64,000 bases of DNA, from the IMG/VR virus record IMGVR_UViG_3300021127_000003; one strand, given 5' to 3'. This document shows positions 1 through 10,014 of this stretch, in pieces (position 1 is the stretch's first letter; the number at the start of each line of letters is the position of its first letter). The notes under the pieces were generated by a model. That model was not told the DNA's origin. It did no database searches and worked only from the letters and a program-made list of their open reading frames with translations. This DNA is from an uncultured virus (IMG/VR IMGVR_UViG_3300021127_000003) (lineage: Duplodnaviria > Heunggongvirae > Uroviricota > Caudoviricetes). The position numbers were made by a program, and so were the translations under genes.

Positions 1-1021
1 CAGCCGCTGAATCAACTGGAACATCTAAGTTATCACAAGTTGAAAATCTTACTAAATTATCAGATTGTAATTGTGCTTGCGTATTAATTTCATCAAGTGT
101 TGGTGCATCAAATGCAAAATAATCTGTTGTATCACCATTATTCAAATCATTTGTTTGTGTATCACCAAAATTTGTTGTTATGGCACCGTCATTATTTGAA
201 TTACTTAAATTACCGTTTTGATTATTAAGATAACCTGTAGGAGATCCGTTCGTATTATTATTTCCAGTATTTGATTCACTACAAAACCCAAAAATCTTTT
301 GTAATGCCGCAAGTATGCTATTTTGTTGACTTAATTGTATTTCGGTTTTGGAACTACCAAATGATAAGGCACCAGTTACTAAATCTGTGATTGTTGATAA
401 AAATAAAGCAAAATTAAATATTGGTGAAATTGCTGTTAAATAGTCTTCCAACCATACACCAAACAATTTATTCTTGTAAAAACTACCAAATTTAAAAACA
501 AATGTTGAACTATCTTCTGCATATATTGTGAACAAAGTGTTATTATTATATTTAAAAGATATTGGTGAATTCTCGTTTGTAGTTTGTCCTTTATATAAAA
601 AGAAATTTACATGTTTAGTTATGTCATTTCCTTCATAAAGATATTTACCTGGAGATTGATTAGGGTCTAAACTAAGTAGACCAAACAAATCTATTTCCGT
701 TTTTGACAACTCAATACCATTAACAGATAATTCAGTAAGATTTGTGGGAATTAACAAATTGCTATTACAACCAAAATCTTGGATTAAAATATTAATTATT
801 TCTTTATTAATCTCATCACCTTTTTTTAATTCGCTCATACAACCCTTCAATATCAAATCTTTGAATTGAGTTTGACCTTTGGTTGATTTGATTATCTCAA
901 ACAAAAAATCGACAAAGCTAAGGTTGTCAATTTTCTTACTTGTTGGACTTTCTGTTGGTTGTATTACCGAATCATCGTATAATGAACGATATCTTGCAAA
1001 TATTTCACTTTGTGCACCCAT
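1..1021 (-). CDS. Hypothetical protein, possibly virion-associated; partial, runs off the left edge
   Basis: Not in the ORF track. Manual reading from ATG at 1021 gives MGAQSEIFARYRSLYDDSVIQPTESPTSKKIDNLSFVDFLFEIIKSTKGQ...; the start overlaps the stop of 1021..1401. Confidence 0.7.
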   Translation of the reverse strand, partial: MGAQSEIFARYRSLYDDSVIQPTESPTSKKIDNLSFVDFLFEIIKSTKGQTQFKDLILKGCMSELKKGDEINKEIINILIQDFGCNSNLLIPTNLTELSVNGIELSKTEIDLFGLLSLDPNQSPGKYLYEGNDITKHVNFFLYKGQTTNENSPISFKYNNNTLFTIYAEDSSTFVFKFGSFYKNKLFGVWLEDYLTAISPIFNFALFLSTITDLVTGALSFGSSKTEIQLSQQNSILAALQKIFGFCSESNTGNNNTNGSPTGYLNNQNGNLSNSNNDGAITTNFGDTQTNDLNNGDTTDYFAFDAPTLDEINTQAQLQSDNLVRFSTCDNLDVPVDSAA

Positions 1022-1401
1022 TATTCATCATATTCTTTTGTATTTTCTTCAACACTACCGTTTTTAACCTGTGATTGAATCCATTTTTTGTCATCATCAC
1101 TAAGGCCAAAATCAGAAGAAGTAGAATCAGAAGGTTTACCATTTTTATATAGATAATCGCCTTGTAGTTTGATTAATCTAAGTTTTTTCTCAGTGGCAGC
1201 ATCCATTATTTTAAGAAGTTCGTTAGTTATCTTACCAACCAAGGCTATGTCAGTATTCTCATTAATATCCTTTGTGAACTTCTTATAAGCGCTTAAAGCT
1301 CTATTTCTTTCATCAACAATCTCATTATAAGTTTCTTGCATAAGATCTTTCAATGAATCCTCACTGATATCTACCTTTTTCTTTCTGTTAATCATGTTCA
1401 T
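1021..1401 (-). CDS. Hypothetical helical phage protein
   Basis: 126-aa ORF, coupled to the downstream gene and preceded by a TATTTATA motif (1413-1420). Confidence 0.75.
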   Translation of the reverse strand: MNMINRKKKVDISEDSLKDLMQETYNEIVDERNRALSAYKKFTKDINENTDIALVGKITNELLKIMDAATEKKLRLIKLQGDYLYKNGKPSDSTSSDFGLSDDDKKWIQSQVKNGSVEENTKEYDE

Positions 1402-1420
1402 AGCTCTTTTAATATAAATA

Positions 1421-2128
1421 TTACTCTTCTATAAAATCGTTTTTGAAAATAAAATAAAGAGTTTTGAACCTTTTCATGCTGTTTCTTATCTCTTTTGTTG
1501 ATAGTCCAGTCATATTTCTAATATATAGCAATATTAGATTTTTATTGAATTTAGTGTGACTTTTGTTACTGGCATCAGCAAAAAGTTCTTCCCAATCCTC
1601 TAAAATTTTAATTAATGAATGGCCTACTTTGAACTCATTATCGTTCAAATTTTCAGAATTTATCTCTTCTTTTAACTTATCCATCAATTTTTCGAGAAAA
1701 ACGCTGGTGTTAAATCCGTCATCATCAATTCTGTATTTTTGGTCAGCTCTCTCAAGTAATTCACTCTCAGCTGTTTCGATATCTTTATGTAACCTATTTT
1801 TTTTATATTCTTTAATCAATTCACCTTTTAGGTAATTTCTGCAAATCGTTCCAAAATATGAGTACGATTTTTTGTTTCTCTCTGGTTTGAATTTATCAAA
1901 TTTGGTCATCAAAAATGATAAAGCGTCAGCATGAATATCAGGAAAATTTTCAGATTTTCTTTCCAGTTTATATCTTCTGATGATAATTTCAATCATTTTA
2001 TTGATTGGATCCTGGAGATGTTCTCTATAGATTTTAGTTCTTTCTTCATTAGATTTTGATTTTAAGAATAATAAAACGGCCTGTTCTTGGTCGATATCAT
2101 AATAGTTCTTGTTTTTTTTATTAACCAT
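1421..2128 (-). CDS. Phage RNA polymerase sigma factor (T4 gp55-like, late transcription)
   Basis: Sigma region 2-like segment DALSFLMTKFDKFKPERNKKSYSYFGTICRNYL resembles gp55-type FDPEK..AYFTQI; helical C-terminus. Confidence 0.7.
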   Translation of the reverse strand: MVNKKNKNYYDIDQEQAVLLFLKSKSNEERTKIYREHLQDPINKMIEIIIRRYKLERKSENFPDIHADALSFLMTKFDKFKPERNKKSYSYFGTICRNYLKGELIKEYKKNRLHKDIETAESELLERADQKYRIDDDGFNTSVFLEKLMDKLKEEINSENLNDNEFKVGHSLIKILEDWEELFADASNKSHTKFNKNLILLYIRNMTGLSTKEIRNSMKRFKTLYFIFKNDFIEE

Positions 2129-2966
2129 TACTTACTTCTGTGTCTTGTGTTGTTGGCGCATAGATAACATTTCTATCTTGTTTGTAGTAATATTCTTTTT
2201 GCGCTAATTCCATCCAAAATTTCGCTTCATCTGGTGAAATTTTTTCAACTGGATCATTTTTATAATTCCAAAACAGAGAATCTGTCCTCATGTTCACATG
2301 TTTGTAACCAATTTTTGGCACAACCATGATTTTATAACCATTCTTTGTAAATCTTAAAAGAAATTCGTAATTGAAACTTAATTTTATTGAAGGTTTTATA
2401 CCACCAGCTGCTAAATATGATTCTTTCTTTGTAACCATACCATCAATATTGATATTAGGGAAGTTCATTAAAGTTTCGTTATCAATAACACCCATTTCTT
2501 CTGAGAAATTATATGCCCACGCAGCTTCATTTGTCATCATCAAAAATTTATTATTTTGATCAACATCAGATACGATAGGTAGGAACATATCGATATCAGG
2601 GTTTTTCTCCATGTATTTACCAACATTTTTGAACCAATTCGAAGCATACTCATCATCAAATTCAAGTAAGCTGAAATATTCGGTTGTAACCTGAGATACA
2701 GCGTAATTCATTTGATTCTGGAATGATTTACCAGTTATGTTTTCGATTACACGAGCGTTCAAGTTATATTTGGTGAGGTCAAACTCATTCAAAAATTCTC
2801 TCACATCTCCGCAGCCGCATCTAACAATCAAAACTTCTTTAGGTTTTACTTCATTAACAGATATGCTATTCAAAGCAATATCAAGGTATTCACCAGTTTT
2901 TTCATTTGCTACCGAATGTATTGGTATAATTACGGTAATGTCAAGTGTTTTAGTATTTTCTGCCAT
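2121..2966 (-). CDS. Glycosyltransferase family 2 (GT-A fold)
   Basis: ITVIIPI start, EFDD acidic motif, GGIK..SFNYEFLLR C-terminal pattern. Confidence 0.8.
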   Translation of the reverse strand: MAENTKTLDITVIIPIHSVANEKTGEYLDIALNSISVNEVKPKEVLIVRCGCGDVREFLNEFDLTKYNLNARVIENITGKSFQNQMNYAVSQVTTEYFSLLEFDDEYASNWFKNVGKYMEKNPDIDMFLPIVSDVDQNNKFLMMTNEAAWAYNFSEEMGVIDNETLMNFPNINIDGMVTKKESYLAAGGIKPSIKLSFNYEFLLRFTKNGYKIMVVPKIGYKHVNMRTDSLFWNYKNDPVEKISPDEAKFWMELAQKEYYYKQDRNVIYAPTTQDTEVSNG

Positions 2967-2967
2967 A

Positions 2968-3669
2968 TTATATAGTTTTAAATTCTCTTTGTTTTATAGT
3001 TTTTTTTGCGTATGAATCATCAGATATTCTTACAATAATGTTTTTATTTTGTTTATAATTTGTACCCTTAGTTAGTAAAATTTCTATAGCCTTGTCCAAT
3101 TTTTCATACATTTCTTTTTTGAAACTTTCGATCTCATCTTCTGTACTTGTTTTTGCGGCTATATCTTGACGTTTTTCTGGTGAAAATTTCAACCTGATTT
3201 CCCTGAAAGGTTCAAAATTAGTTGGGTCATATAATGATGGTGTAACCAATACATCTTCATATTCATGAGCATCAATTGGAGTATATGTTGTTGGGGTAAG
3301 ACCTATGGAATAAATTTTAACTGTTTCATTCATCATTAAAATTTCAGATTTCATTGTTGAAGGATATAATTCAACTTTGTCACCATCAATAACTTTCCAT
3401 TTCATTTCCATTTTGAGAGTACTACTTTCTTTATCAAATTGTTCTTGACTCATTAAAACCATAGTCGGTACGCTTGACGCTTCACCATCTTTGATAATAA
3501 TTGGACTATCCAAAAAAATAAAATTTTTTGTATCTTCAAATTGTGGTAGTTTTTTTAATTCTATTAAAATTTGAGAACGTGTTTCTTCAGGTAAACTTAA
3601 TAAATTAGGTAGAGGTTTTGTGTAATCGTCACCCCCAATAATTTTTAATATTTCTATTAATTTATCCAT
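2968..3669 (-). CDS. Hypothetical protein
   Basis: 233-aa ORF tightly packed in the operon. Confidence 0.7.
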   Translation of the reverse strand: MDKLIEILKIIGGDDYTKPLPNLLSLPEETRSQILIELKKLPQFEDTKNFIFLDSPIIIKDGEASSVPTMVLMSQEQFDKESSTLKMEMKWKVIDGDKVELYPSTMKSEILMMNETVKIYSIGLTPTTYTPIDAHEYEDVLVTPSLYDPTNFEPFREIRLKFSPEKRQDIAAKTSTEDEIESFKKEMYEKLDKAIEILLTKGTNYKQNKNIIVRISDDSYAKKTIKQREFKTI

Positions 3670-3670
3670 A

Positions 3671-4732
3671 TTAAGCTGTTTTCATATAATCCTCTTTTAT
3701 TTTTTCCAACTTGTCAATTCTGTTTTGGAAATAATATTCATAAACCAGCTTAGTTTTTTCTTCAAATTCAACCATACCATATTTTCCATCAAGAGTTGTT
3801 GATACGTTTTGTAAATTTTCAGGAATATTATCTTCCAACCAATTTTTAACATATGCAGAGGTTAAATCAACAATCTGATTCTCATCGTAAACCCACATAC
3901 CATTATTATCATCCATCCACTCACCTATAATGTTTGGTACTTTACCTATAACTGGAACATTACATTTGATTGATTCAACTGGGAAAGTTCCAAATGATGA
4001 ATCATCATCAACCCATATAGACAAACAACAATCTTTAAGGTTATTAGCGAAATCAACCTCGGTCATAGTATGCATATCTTTGAATGATACGAATCTGTAG
4101 ATTGGGTATTTCAAATAAAAAGTTTTAATAATTTTAGCAGCTTTTCTCGCATCTCTACAATGTATTGCTACAATAGGTTTTGTAAGATTTTCTGTTGGTT
4201 TAAAAAGGTCAGGAATACCAATTGGTATAACTTGTACCGTATTTAAAGGTAAAACATCTGTAATCAATTTAGAAAGTGTATCACTTGTTGTCATACATTC
4301 AGTTACACCAAAATCAATAAAACTTTTACCTGGTGCATATGCGTCTAACATATATTCAAATGATTGTACAAATAAAATCTTTTCCATCGGTAATTTTTCA
4401 AGTTGTTCAAAAACATTACCAAAAATTTCTGGTACTATTAAGAAGTCTTGAGGCCCCATTGTTAGATTATTTTCTTCAATTGAAAAATGATCCAAAGTAT
4501 CATACTCAGAACCCAACCATGTTGATGCATTTATAGAGTCTTTCTTTTCGTTTAGCATTGCAACACTATAACCTAAATTTTTAAGAGACATAGCTTGTCT
4601 ATACAAAACACTAACACTTGCTCTCGCATTACCTTTTGTATCTGGTATTAAGAAAATTATTTTTTGTTCTTTGTTCTTAATTTTTTCTATTGACGAATCA
4701 ATATTTTGTAGAACTTCTTGTTTTTTAGCCAT
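3671..4732 (-). CDS. Glycosyltransferase, GT-B fold (GT4-like)
   Basis: DFLIVPEIFG, IPIGIPDLF, SSFGTFPVESIKCNVPVIG (GT4-type FGLP.LEAMACG.PV pattern). Confidence 0.75.
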   Translation of the reverse strand: MAKKQEVLQNIDSSIEKIKNKEQKIIFLIPDTKGNARASVSVLYRQAMSLKNLGYSVAMLNEKKDSINASTWLGSEYDTLDHFSIEENNLTMGPQDFLIVPEIFGNVFEQLEKLPMEKILFVQSFEYMLDAYAPGKSFIDFGVTECMTTSDTLSKLITDVLPLNTVQVIPIGIPDLFKPTENLTKPIVAIHCRDARKAAKIIKTFYLKYPIYRFVSFKDMHTMTEVDFANNLKDCCLSIWVDDDSSFGTFPVESIKCNVPVIGKVPNIIGEWMDDNNGMWVYDENQIVDLTSAYVKNWLEDNIPENLQNVSTTLDGKYGMVEFEEKTKLVYEYYFQNRIDKLEKIKEDYMKTA

Positions 4733-4733
4733 T

Positions 4734-5387
4734 TTAACTATTTTTTAATGAATTATGTTTATTTTTTATTTCTTCAATTAATTCAAATATATCAGATACT
4801 TTAATAATAGTAAAATCTGATATATAATCAATATTAAATTCGTTTTCAACCTTAATTAATATCTTGTCTTTTGGTTTGATATCCATCAATTTAGGATTAT
4901 CTGTGATAAGGACATCACAATACATGTAAAAATCTTCGTATTTGTCAGGAAATACTATTTGTTTCAAGTCGAAATTATTCTTGGACAAAAAGAATAAAGT
5001 TGCGTTTTTTGACCTTGTTGATTCTTTGTTTAAAAGAATAATATCTACATCATCAGATTGTAGTTCAGCAAGTTTTGTGATTAAATTGTTTTCTAATTGA
5101 CCAGCCCTACCAAATACTTCAAAGGATGCGTCCATATACATAAACTCGATTACGTTGAAATTTGTTTCTTCAACATCCATTGGTGTCAGTTCATACTCAT
5201 TATCTATATTAGATGCCGATAACTCAACAGTTTCGAATTCCTGTGGAGCTTTGTCAGGAAATGATTTTTCAAGATCATAAGGGTTTATAGGCATTATCGG
5301 TTGTTGTTCCGTAATGATTTCGTAAGCTTCACATAACTTAGAAATATGATCCCTAATTATATTATTTATTGTAATACCAATAACCAT
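4734..5387 (-). CDS. HAD-fold 5'(3')-nucleotidase-like protein with degenerate catalytic motifs
   Basis: MVIGITINNIIRD aligns by eye to IGIDIDGVLRD; CDVLITDNP aligns to motif IV DVLIDD. Confidence 0.55.
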   Translation of the reverse strand: MVIGITINNIIRDHISKLCEAYEIITEQQPIMPINPYDLEKSFPDKAPQEFETVELSASNIDNEYELTPMDVEETNFNVIEFMYMDASFEVFGRAGQLENNLITKLAELQSDDVDIILLNKESTRSKNATLFFLSKNNFDLKQIVFPDKYEDFYMYCDVLITDNPKLMDIKPKDKILIKVENEFNIDYISDFTIIKVSDIFELIEEIKNKHNSLKNS

Positions 5388-5439
5388 AAATTTATTATTT
5401 TAAATAAATTTATGAAACCTTTGTACGAAAATAAACTAT

Positions 5440-6186
5440 TTATGGATAATTTATTTCATCAAAACCTTGCTCTATGATTTTGATGAGGTGATGTCTAACA
5501 ATATCTTCTTCTCCAAAAGCAATTGTACCAAAAAAATCTTTTTCTTTAAATCTTTTAATGATAAATGATAATGAACTTTCTTGTGGGTTTTTCAAGTCAA
5601 TTTGACCTTCATCACCTAAGAATATCATTTTAGAATCTTCACCCAAACGAGTCATGATAGTCTTCATGTTTGTTTTCTTGATATTTTGGGCTTCATCTAT
5701 AATAACAATAGCGTTATCAATATTGATACCTCTCATATAAGTTAATGGCATTTCTTCTAAAAAACCATTAATTTTTAATTTTTCAACCATATCTTTACCA
5801 ATAATTTTTTCGAAATTATGGATAAAAGAATACATAAATGGTTCCAATTTTTCCCTGAGAGTTCCTTTAAGATATCCAACCTCTTCATCTTTTAAAGGTG
5901 TAACAGACTTAACTATTACAATTTTCTTGTATTTAGGATCTTTTTTCAATAGTTCTAAAGCCATAGCACATGCGACATATGTTTTACCTGTACCTGGAAA
6001 TCCAGAACAAATGATAATGTCTTTCTCACGAATTAATTTGATTAATTCCTTTTGATTTTGTGTTTTTGCCTTTAGATTAAAGTGAATTGATTTGAGGATA
6101 TTTTCATTATGTGATGTTTCGATATCCACATACGCATCGTTTATTTCCTCGTGCGTTAGCTTCTTTTTTCTTGTTCTTGAACCCAT
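5440..6186 (-). CDS. phoH: PhoH-family ATPase
   Basis: GFPGTGKT Walker A, GYLKGTLREKLEP, YMRG, IIDEAQN, TRLGEDSK, GDEGQID, DIVRH. Confidence 0.95.
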   Translation of the reverse strand: MGSRTRKKKLTHEEINDAYVDIETSHNENILKSIHFNLKAKTQNQKELIKLIREKDIIICSGFPGTGKTYVACAMALELLKKDPKYKKIVIVKSVTPLKDEEVGYLKGTLREKLEPFMYSFIHNFEKIIGKDMVEKLKINGFLEEMPLTYMRGINIDNAIVIIDEAQNIKKTNMKTIMTRLGEDSKMIFLGDEGQIDLKNPQESSLSFIIKRFKEKDFFGTIAFGEEDIVRHHLIKIIEQGFDEINYP

Positions 6187-6479
6187 AGTCCTAATTTGTC
6201 AATAGAATTGATTGTTTTATCATCAATAAATATATCAAAAACTGGTTTCTTAAACCTAAGTTCATGATATTTTGCACCCCATTCTTTCAGCTGAAACATA
6301 GTTAAAAAACTATGGTCAATACCAGACCCAGATCCTCTTGCAGTCCAATAGGTTATTTCATGCCCCTGATCAAAAAGATCATTAATAATATTTATTTTTT
6401 CATAATACGGCTTAGCATTTTTATAATCAGTACCTTCGGTATGACAAATTGTATTATCAATATCTACAAATATTTTCAT
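6156..6479 (-). CDS. Small capless HAD phosphatase (capsule-biosynthesis EcbF/BcbF type)
   Basis: DIDNT motif I, WTARG motif II, KP..DIFIDDK motifs III/IV in 107 aa. Confidence 0.85.
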   Translation of the reverse strand: MKIFVDIDNTICHTEGTDYKNAKPYYEKINIINDLFDQGHEITYWTARGSGSGIDHSFLTMFQLKEWGAKYHELRFKKPVFDIFIDDKTINSIDKLGLWVQEQEKRS

Positions 6480-6485
6480 ATATAT

Positions 6486-7328
6486 TTATTTTCTAAGCGT
6501 TTGTTTTTTTTGCAACTCTCCTCCTAATACATATCTTTCACTTGGTGCAAAGGACAAAGATTTTTCAATATCTCTTATCCCCTTAACCAATTTAAAAACC
6601 CCAGATGGCTCGATTGATGATGATTGGTCTGAACCCCACATATTACGGTCAAGCGTTATGTGTCTTTCGATCCAAGTAGCTCCCATAGGTATTGTTGCAA
6701 ATGTTGTAACTAAACCATATTCATGGCCACTATACCCTATTTCTTTATCTCTATATTTATTCTTCAACCATAAAATATAGTTTAAGTTTAATTCCTCAAC
6801 AGGACAGGGATATGTTGAATTTGTATGCATTATAACATCTGGATTACAAGTACGTACACAATTTTCAATTTCTTCTTCGGTGCTCATTCCTGTAGAAATC
6901 AGTAATTGATTACATCTTGTTGATGCGTATTTGCATAATTCGGTATCGGTTATAAGAGCTGATGGTATTTTCATTATACTATGATAGTTATTATCCAAGT
7001 TGATCTTTTGTATAAAATCAACCGAATCTTTGTCCCAAACTGAAGCGAACCATTTAATTCCAATACTTTGACAAAAATTATGTATTTGTTGATATTGTTC
7101 TTGATTAAACTCAACTCTCCATCTATAATCAATATAGGTCATCTCACCCCAAGGTGTTTGCCTTATTTTAGATTTTTGATCTTCAGGTACACAAACATCA
7201 GGATTTCTTTTTTGAAATTTAACATAATCACAACCAGCAGCTTTAGCAACCATTATAAGTTGTTTGGCGATATCTATATCCCCATTGTGATTAAGTCCTA
7301 TTTCGGCTATAATTTTTACTTTATTCAT
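6486..7328 (-). CDS. neuB: NeuB-family nonulosonic acid (sialic acid/KDN-9-P) synthase, lacking the C-terminal SAF domain
   Basis: IIAEIGLNHNGD, VKFQKR, KIPSA, ISTGMS, STYP, GYSGHE, IERHITLDRNMWGSDQ. Confidence 0.93.
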   Translation of the reverse strand: MNKVKIIAEIGLNHNGDIDIAKQLIMVAKAAGCDYVKFQKRNPDVCVPEDQKSKIRQTPWGEMTYIDYRWRVEFNQEQYQQIHNFCQSIGIKWFASVWDKDSVDFIQKINLDNNYHSIMKIPSALITDTELCKYASTRCNQLLISTGMSTEEEIENCVRTCNPDVIMHTNSTYPCPVEELNLNYILWLKNKYRDKEIGYSGHEYGLVTTFATIPMGATWIERHITLDRNMWGSDQSSSIEPSGVFKLVKGIRDIEKSLSFAPSERYVLGGELQKKQTLRK

Positions 7329-7331
7329 TTA

Positions 7332-7946
7332 TTAACGTTTTAATAGGTGGTCGTAATTAACAATTTTTTTCTGTATATCACTAAATCCTTCTTTTTGATA
7401 CGTAAGGTGTGGCCTAAACGTATAACAATTATTATTTTTTTGATACTCTATACCTATAACATCTATTGGGTCTGTCATATTTTTAGCGACTAATAAGTTG
7501 TATAATTTTTTTGCACCTTCCAAGCTAATGAAATAACTATGCATAGCTAAAGTACCATTAGTTTTATATATGTTATCAGTAATTTTTTCTAAACTTGTTG
7601 TATGATTTCCACTCATATAAACAATATCCCAATCATTAGGTAATTGATTATAATAGTAATCAAATTTTTCGTTAAAATCATCGTTGAAAACAACATCATC
7701 CTCAAAAACTAAAATTTTACTATAGTTATTATTAATCATGTCTTTTAAGATTACCATGTGTGACATGTAACAACCAAGTTCACCTCTATAAATGTATGGA
7801 CTGGGTTCCAATTTTTCACCATCAATTGCTACAAATTTTTCAACATTGCAATTAATTTTTTGAAATTCTTTACTAACCTCATTCCACCTATCTTTTCTTT
7901 TTTCAAGGTTTATACAATATATTTTTTCAAAATAATTATTGAGCAT
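7332..7946 (-). CDS. Glycosyltransferase family 25
   Basis: YCINLEKRKDRW, AIDG, GELGCYMSH, LVFEDD, WDIVY. Confidence 0.9.
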   Translation of the reverse strand: MLNNYFEKIYCINLEKRKDRWNEVSKEFQKINCNVEKFVAIDGEKLEPSPYIYRGELGCYMSHMVILKDMINNNYSKILVFEDDVVFNDDFNEKFDYYYNQLPNDWDIVYMSGNHTTSLEKITDNIYKTNGTLAMHSYFISLEGAKKLYNLLVAKNMTDPIDVIGIEYQKNNNCYTFRPHLTYQKEGFSDIQKKIVNYDHLLKR

Positions 7947-8691
7947 TCTGATTCGGTATATAAATTCTATTATTATTATTTGCTATCATTCTTTTTTGAT
8001 AATCTCTGCTCCTTTCATTAGCTAACTCAATTGTACTCATTGAGCTTGTATAGGTATTTCCAGCTTTCATACCAATAAATTTTTTACAATCCTTTGGGCA
8101 CCAAAATGTTTGTGGATTGTTATAATTGAGCCTACAACATCTTAATGAATAATCAATATGTTCAACACCCCACATACCCATGTTTTGATAATCCATGTAA
8201 CCAACTTTTTCTAAGATTTCAGGTGTTATTGTGTAGAAATTACCCATAGATTCCATAACATTAGAAGCGGCAATTAAACCATCATTCTCTATTATTTTTT
8301 TATTTTCCCCTTTCCATCTACTATTATAATAACTTAGGTGTTTAAATCCAGAATTATTCATAGCATTAATATAAAGATCATCCCAACCATTATTCAAGAA
8401 AAAATTATCATCATCACTTCTGAATAAAACATCAAATCCAATCTTTTGAGATAAGTAAAAAATATTATTTGTTCCCCATGAAACACCCTTTCTGTTCTCA
8501 TTTTTGATTAAATGATATTCACATGGAAAATTATAGTTTTCAATGAATTTAACTGTGTCATCTGTTGAACAGTCATCATTGATAATGATTACCCATTCAT
8601 AATTTGTGTTATGAGTTGGTGTAAAACTATCTAAAAGATGTTCTAAATATTTTCTCCTATTATATGTTGTTATACCTAATATACATTTCAT
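7936..8691 (-). CDS. Glycosyltransferase family 2
   Basis: ITTYNR, INDDCSTDDT, NRKGVS, SDDD, WGVEHIDYSLR. Confidence 0.9.
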   Translation of the reverse strand: MKCILGITTYNRRKYLEHLLDSFTPTHNTNYEWVIIINDDCSTDDTVKFIENYNFPCEYHLIKNENRKGVSWGTNNIFYLSQKIGFDVLFRSDDDNFFLNNGWDDLYINAMNNSGFKHLSYYNSRWKGENKKIIENDGLIAASNVMESMGNFYTITPEILEKVGYMDYQNMGMWGVEHIDYSLRCCRLNYNNPQTFWCPKDCKKFIGMKAGNTYTSSMSTIELANERSRDYQKRMIANNNNRIYIPNQNAQ

Positions 8692-9347
8692 AAATTCCCA
8701 TTATATTTTAATAAATCATTTTCAGTATCAACATCTATAACAGAGTTAATTGGTAAAAAAAATGTATCCTCGTTGTAAAGATTGTTATTCAAATTTTTTA
8801 ATTCACCACCTTTAAAAATACAAATATAGTGTGAAATTTCGAATACCTTTGGATAATCTTGTCTACGATAAAGGTCGTGTGCAACAAGTTGTTTACCTTT
8901 ATTTTTATCGATTTCAAGCATGTAAAGGTATGGGTGGGTACTTGTGATTTCTTTTTTACATAAAAGAGATCTTGAGCCATTTTTGACAAAAGTATCAATA
9001 GCATTTCCTATATCATCCCAATTTCTTTCAGGATATGTCAAATATAACATAACAACAATATCATCATTAAAAATGTAATTCTTGTTATATAAATCAATCA
9101 TAACTTCTTTAGTTGAGGTTGTGTCTAAAGCTAAATTACTATCTCTATTAAGATAATTTATACTCTTTGATACACATTTTTCAATGATTGATTCATCATC
9201 TGTAGATACAATCAAAGAATGAGAATGAATTAATCCTGTTAATAGATTTTCAGGTGTTTTATCTAAAAATATATCAAATAATTTACGATTCTTAAATGGT
9301 AAACCTTTTGAATTTCTTCTGGCTGGTATAATAAATTTAAAACTCAT
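8688..9347 (-). CDS. neuA: CMP-nonulosonic acid synthetase (NeuA-family cytidylyltransferase)
   Basis: IIPARRNSKGLPFKN, VSTDD, R..LALD, LYLTYPER, RRQD, IDVDTEND. Confidence 0.9.
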   Translation of the reverse strand: MSFKFIIPARRNSKGLPFKNRKLFDIFLDKTPENLLTGLIHSHSLIVSTDDESIIEKCVSKSINYLNRDSNLALDTTSTKEVMIDLYNKNYIFNDDIVVMLYLTYPERNWDDIGNAIDTFVKNGSRSLLCKKEITSTHPYLYMLEIDKNKGKQLVAHDLYRRQDYPKVFEISHYICIFKGGELKNLNNNLYNEDTFFLPINSVIDVDTENDLLKYNGNL

Positions 9348-9348
9348 A

Positions 9349-10014
9349 TTACATGAAAAGGTTGTTTTCTAAATTTAATGAAACAAAAGGATTTATTGAC
9401 ACCACATTACATTCATAAACTTCAACAAGTTTATTTCTAACAGAAACAGTTTGTGACTCAATGATTTTTAACCAGGATTTATATTGGTTCCAATTTTGCC
9501 ATGGTGTATCGTTGATTGAATCATAATATTTATCAAATGTCATTTTACCATTCAATGAACCACAATCATGACCAACAAGGTAAATATTGAATGCACCCAT
9601 ATATGCAGCAAGATGTAACGCAGATGTAATCGTTGAATAACTAACAACTAATTTATCTGTTCCAATAACAGATGTATCAACCTTATCATGTAGATTATCA
9701 AGATGTTCAAAATAATAAAGGTTTTCGTGATCAATTTTATTGGTGTTTAATTTAAATTGCCCAGTATCAAGATTACCGCTATCGTATTCAGATACAATAA
9801 CTTTTGAACCAGTATTCAAAGCTTGTTTCAAAAATTTAGTTTCTTTTCTAACAAGATAATCACATTTAATTTTCTTATAAACTTGATTTGTACCTATTGT
9901 TATCTTACCATCAAAAAAAGATTCATTAATATAATCAACACTTGCTCCAGCACCGATTACATAAATATCTTCATCTCTATGGATATCTTTTAATTCTTTA
10001 ATTGACTTGATCAT
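9349..10014 (-). CDS. DUF115/Maf-like putative nonulosonic acid transferase
   Basis: IYVIGAGASV, IGTN, STITSALHLAAYMGAFNIYLVGHD signature of the DUF115/Maf fold; adjacent to neuA. Confidence 0.7.
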   Translation of the reverse strand: MIKSIKELKDIHRDEDIYVIGAGASVDYINESFFDGKITIGTNQVYKKIKCDYLVRKETKFLKQALNTGSKVIVSEYDSGNLDTGQFKLNTNKIDHENLYYFEHLDNLHDKVDTSVIGTDKLVVSYSTITSALHLAAYMGAFNIYLVGHDCGSLNGKMTFDKYYDSINDTPWQNWNQYKSWLKIIESQTVSVRNKLVEVYECNVVSINPFVSLNLENNLFM

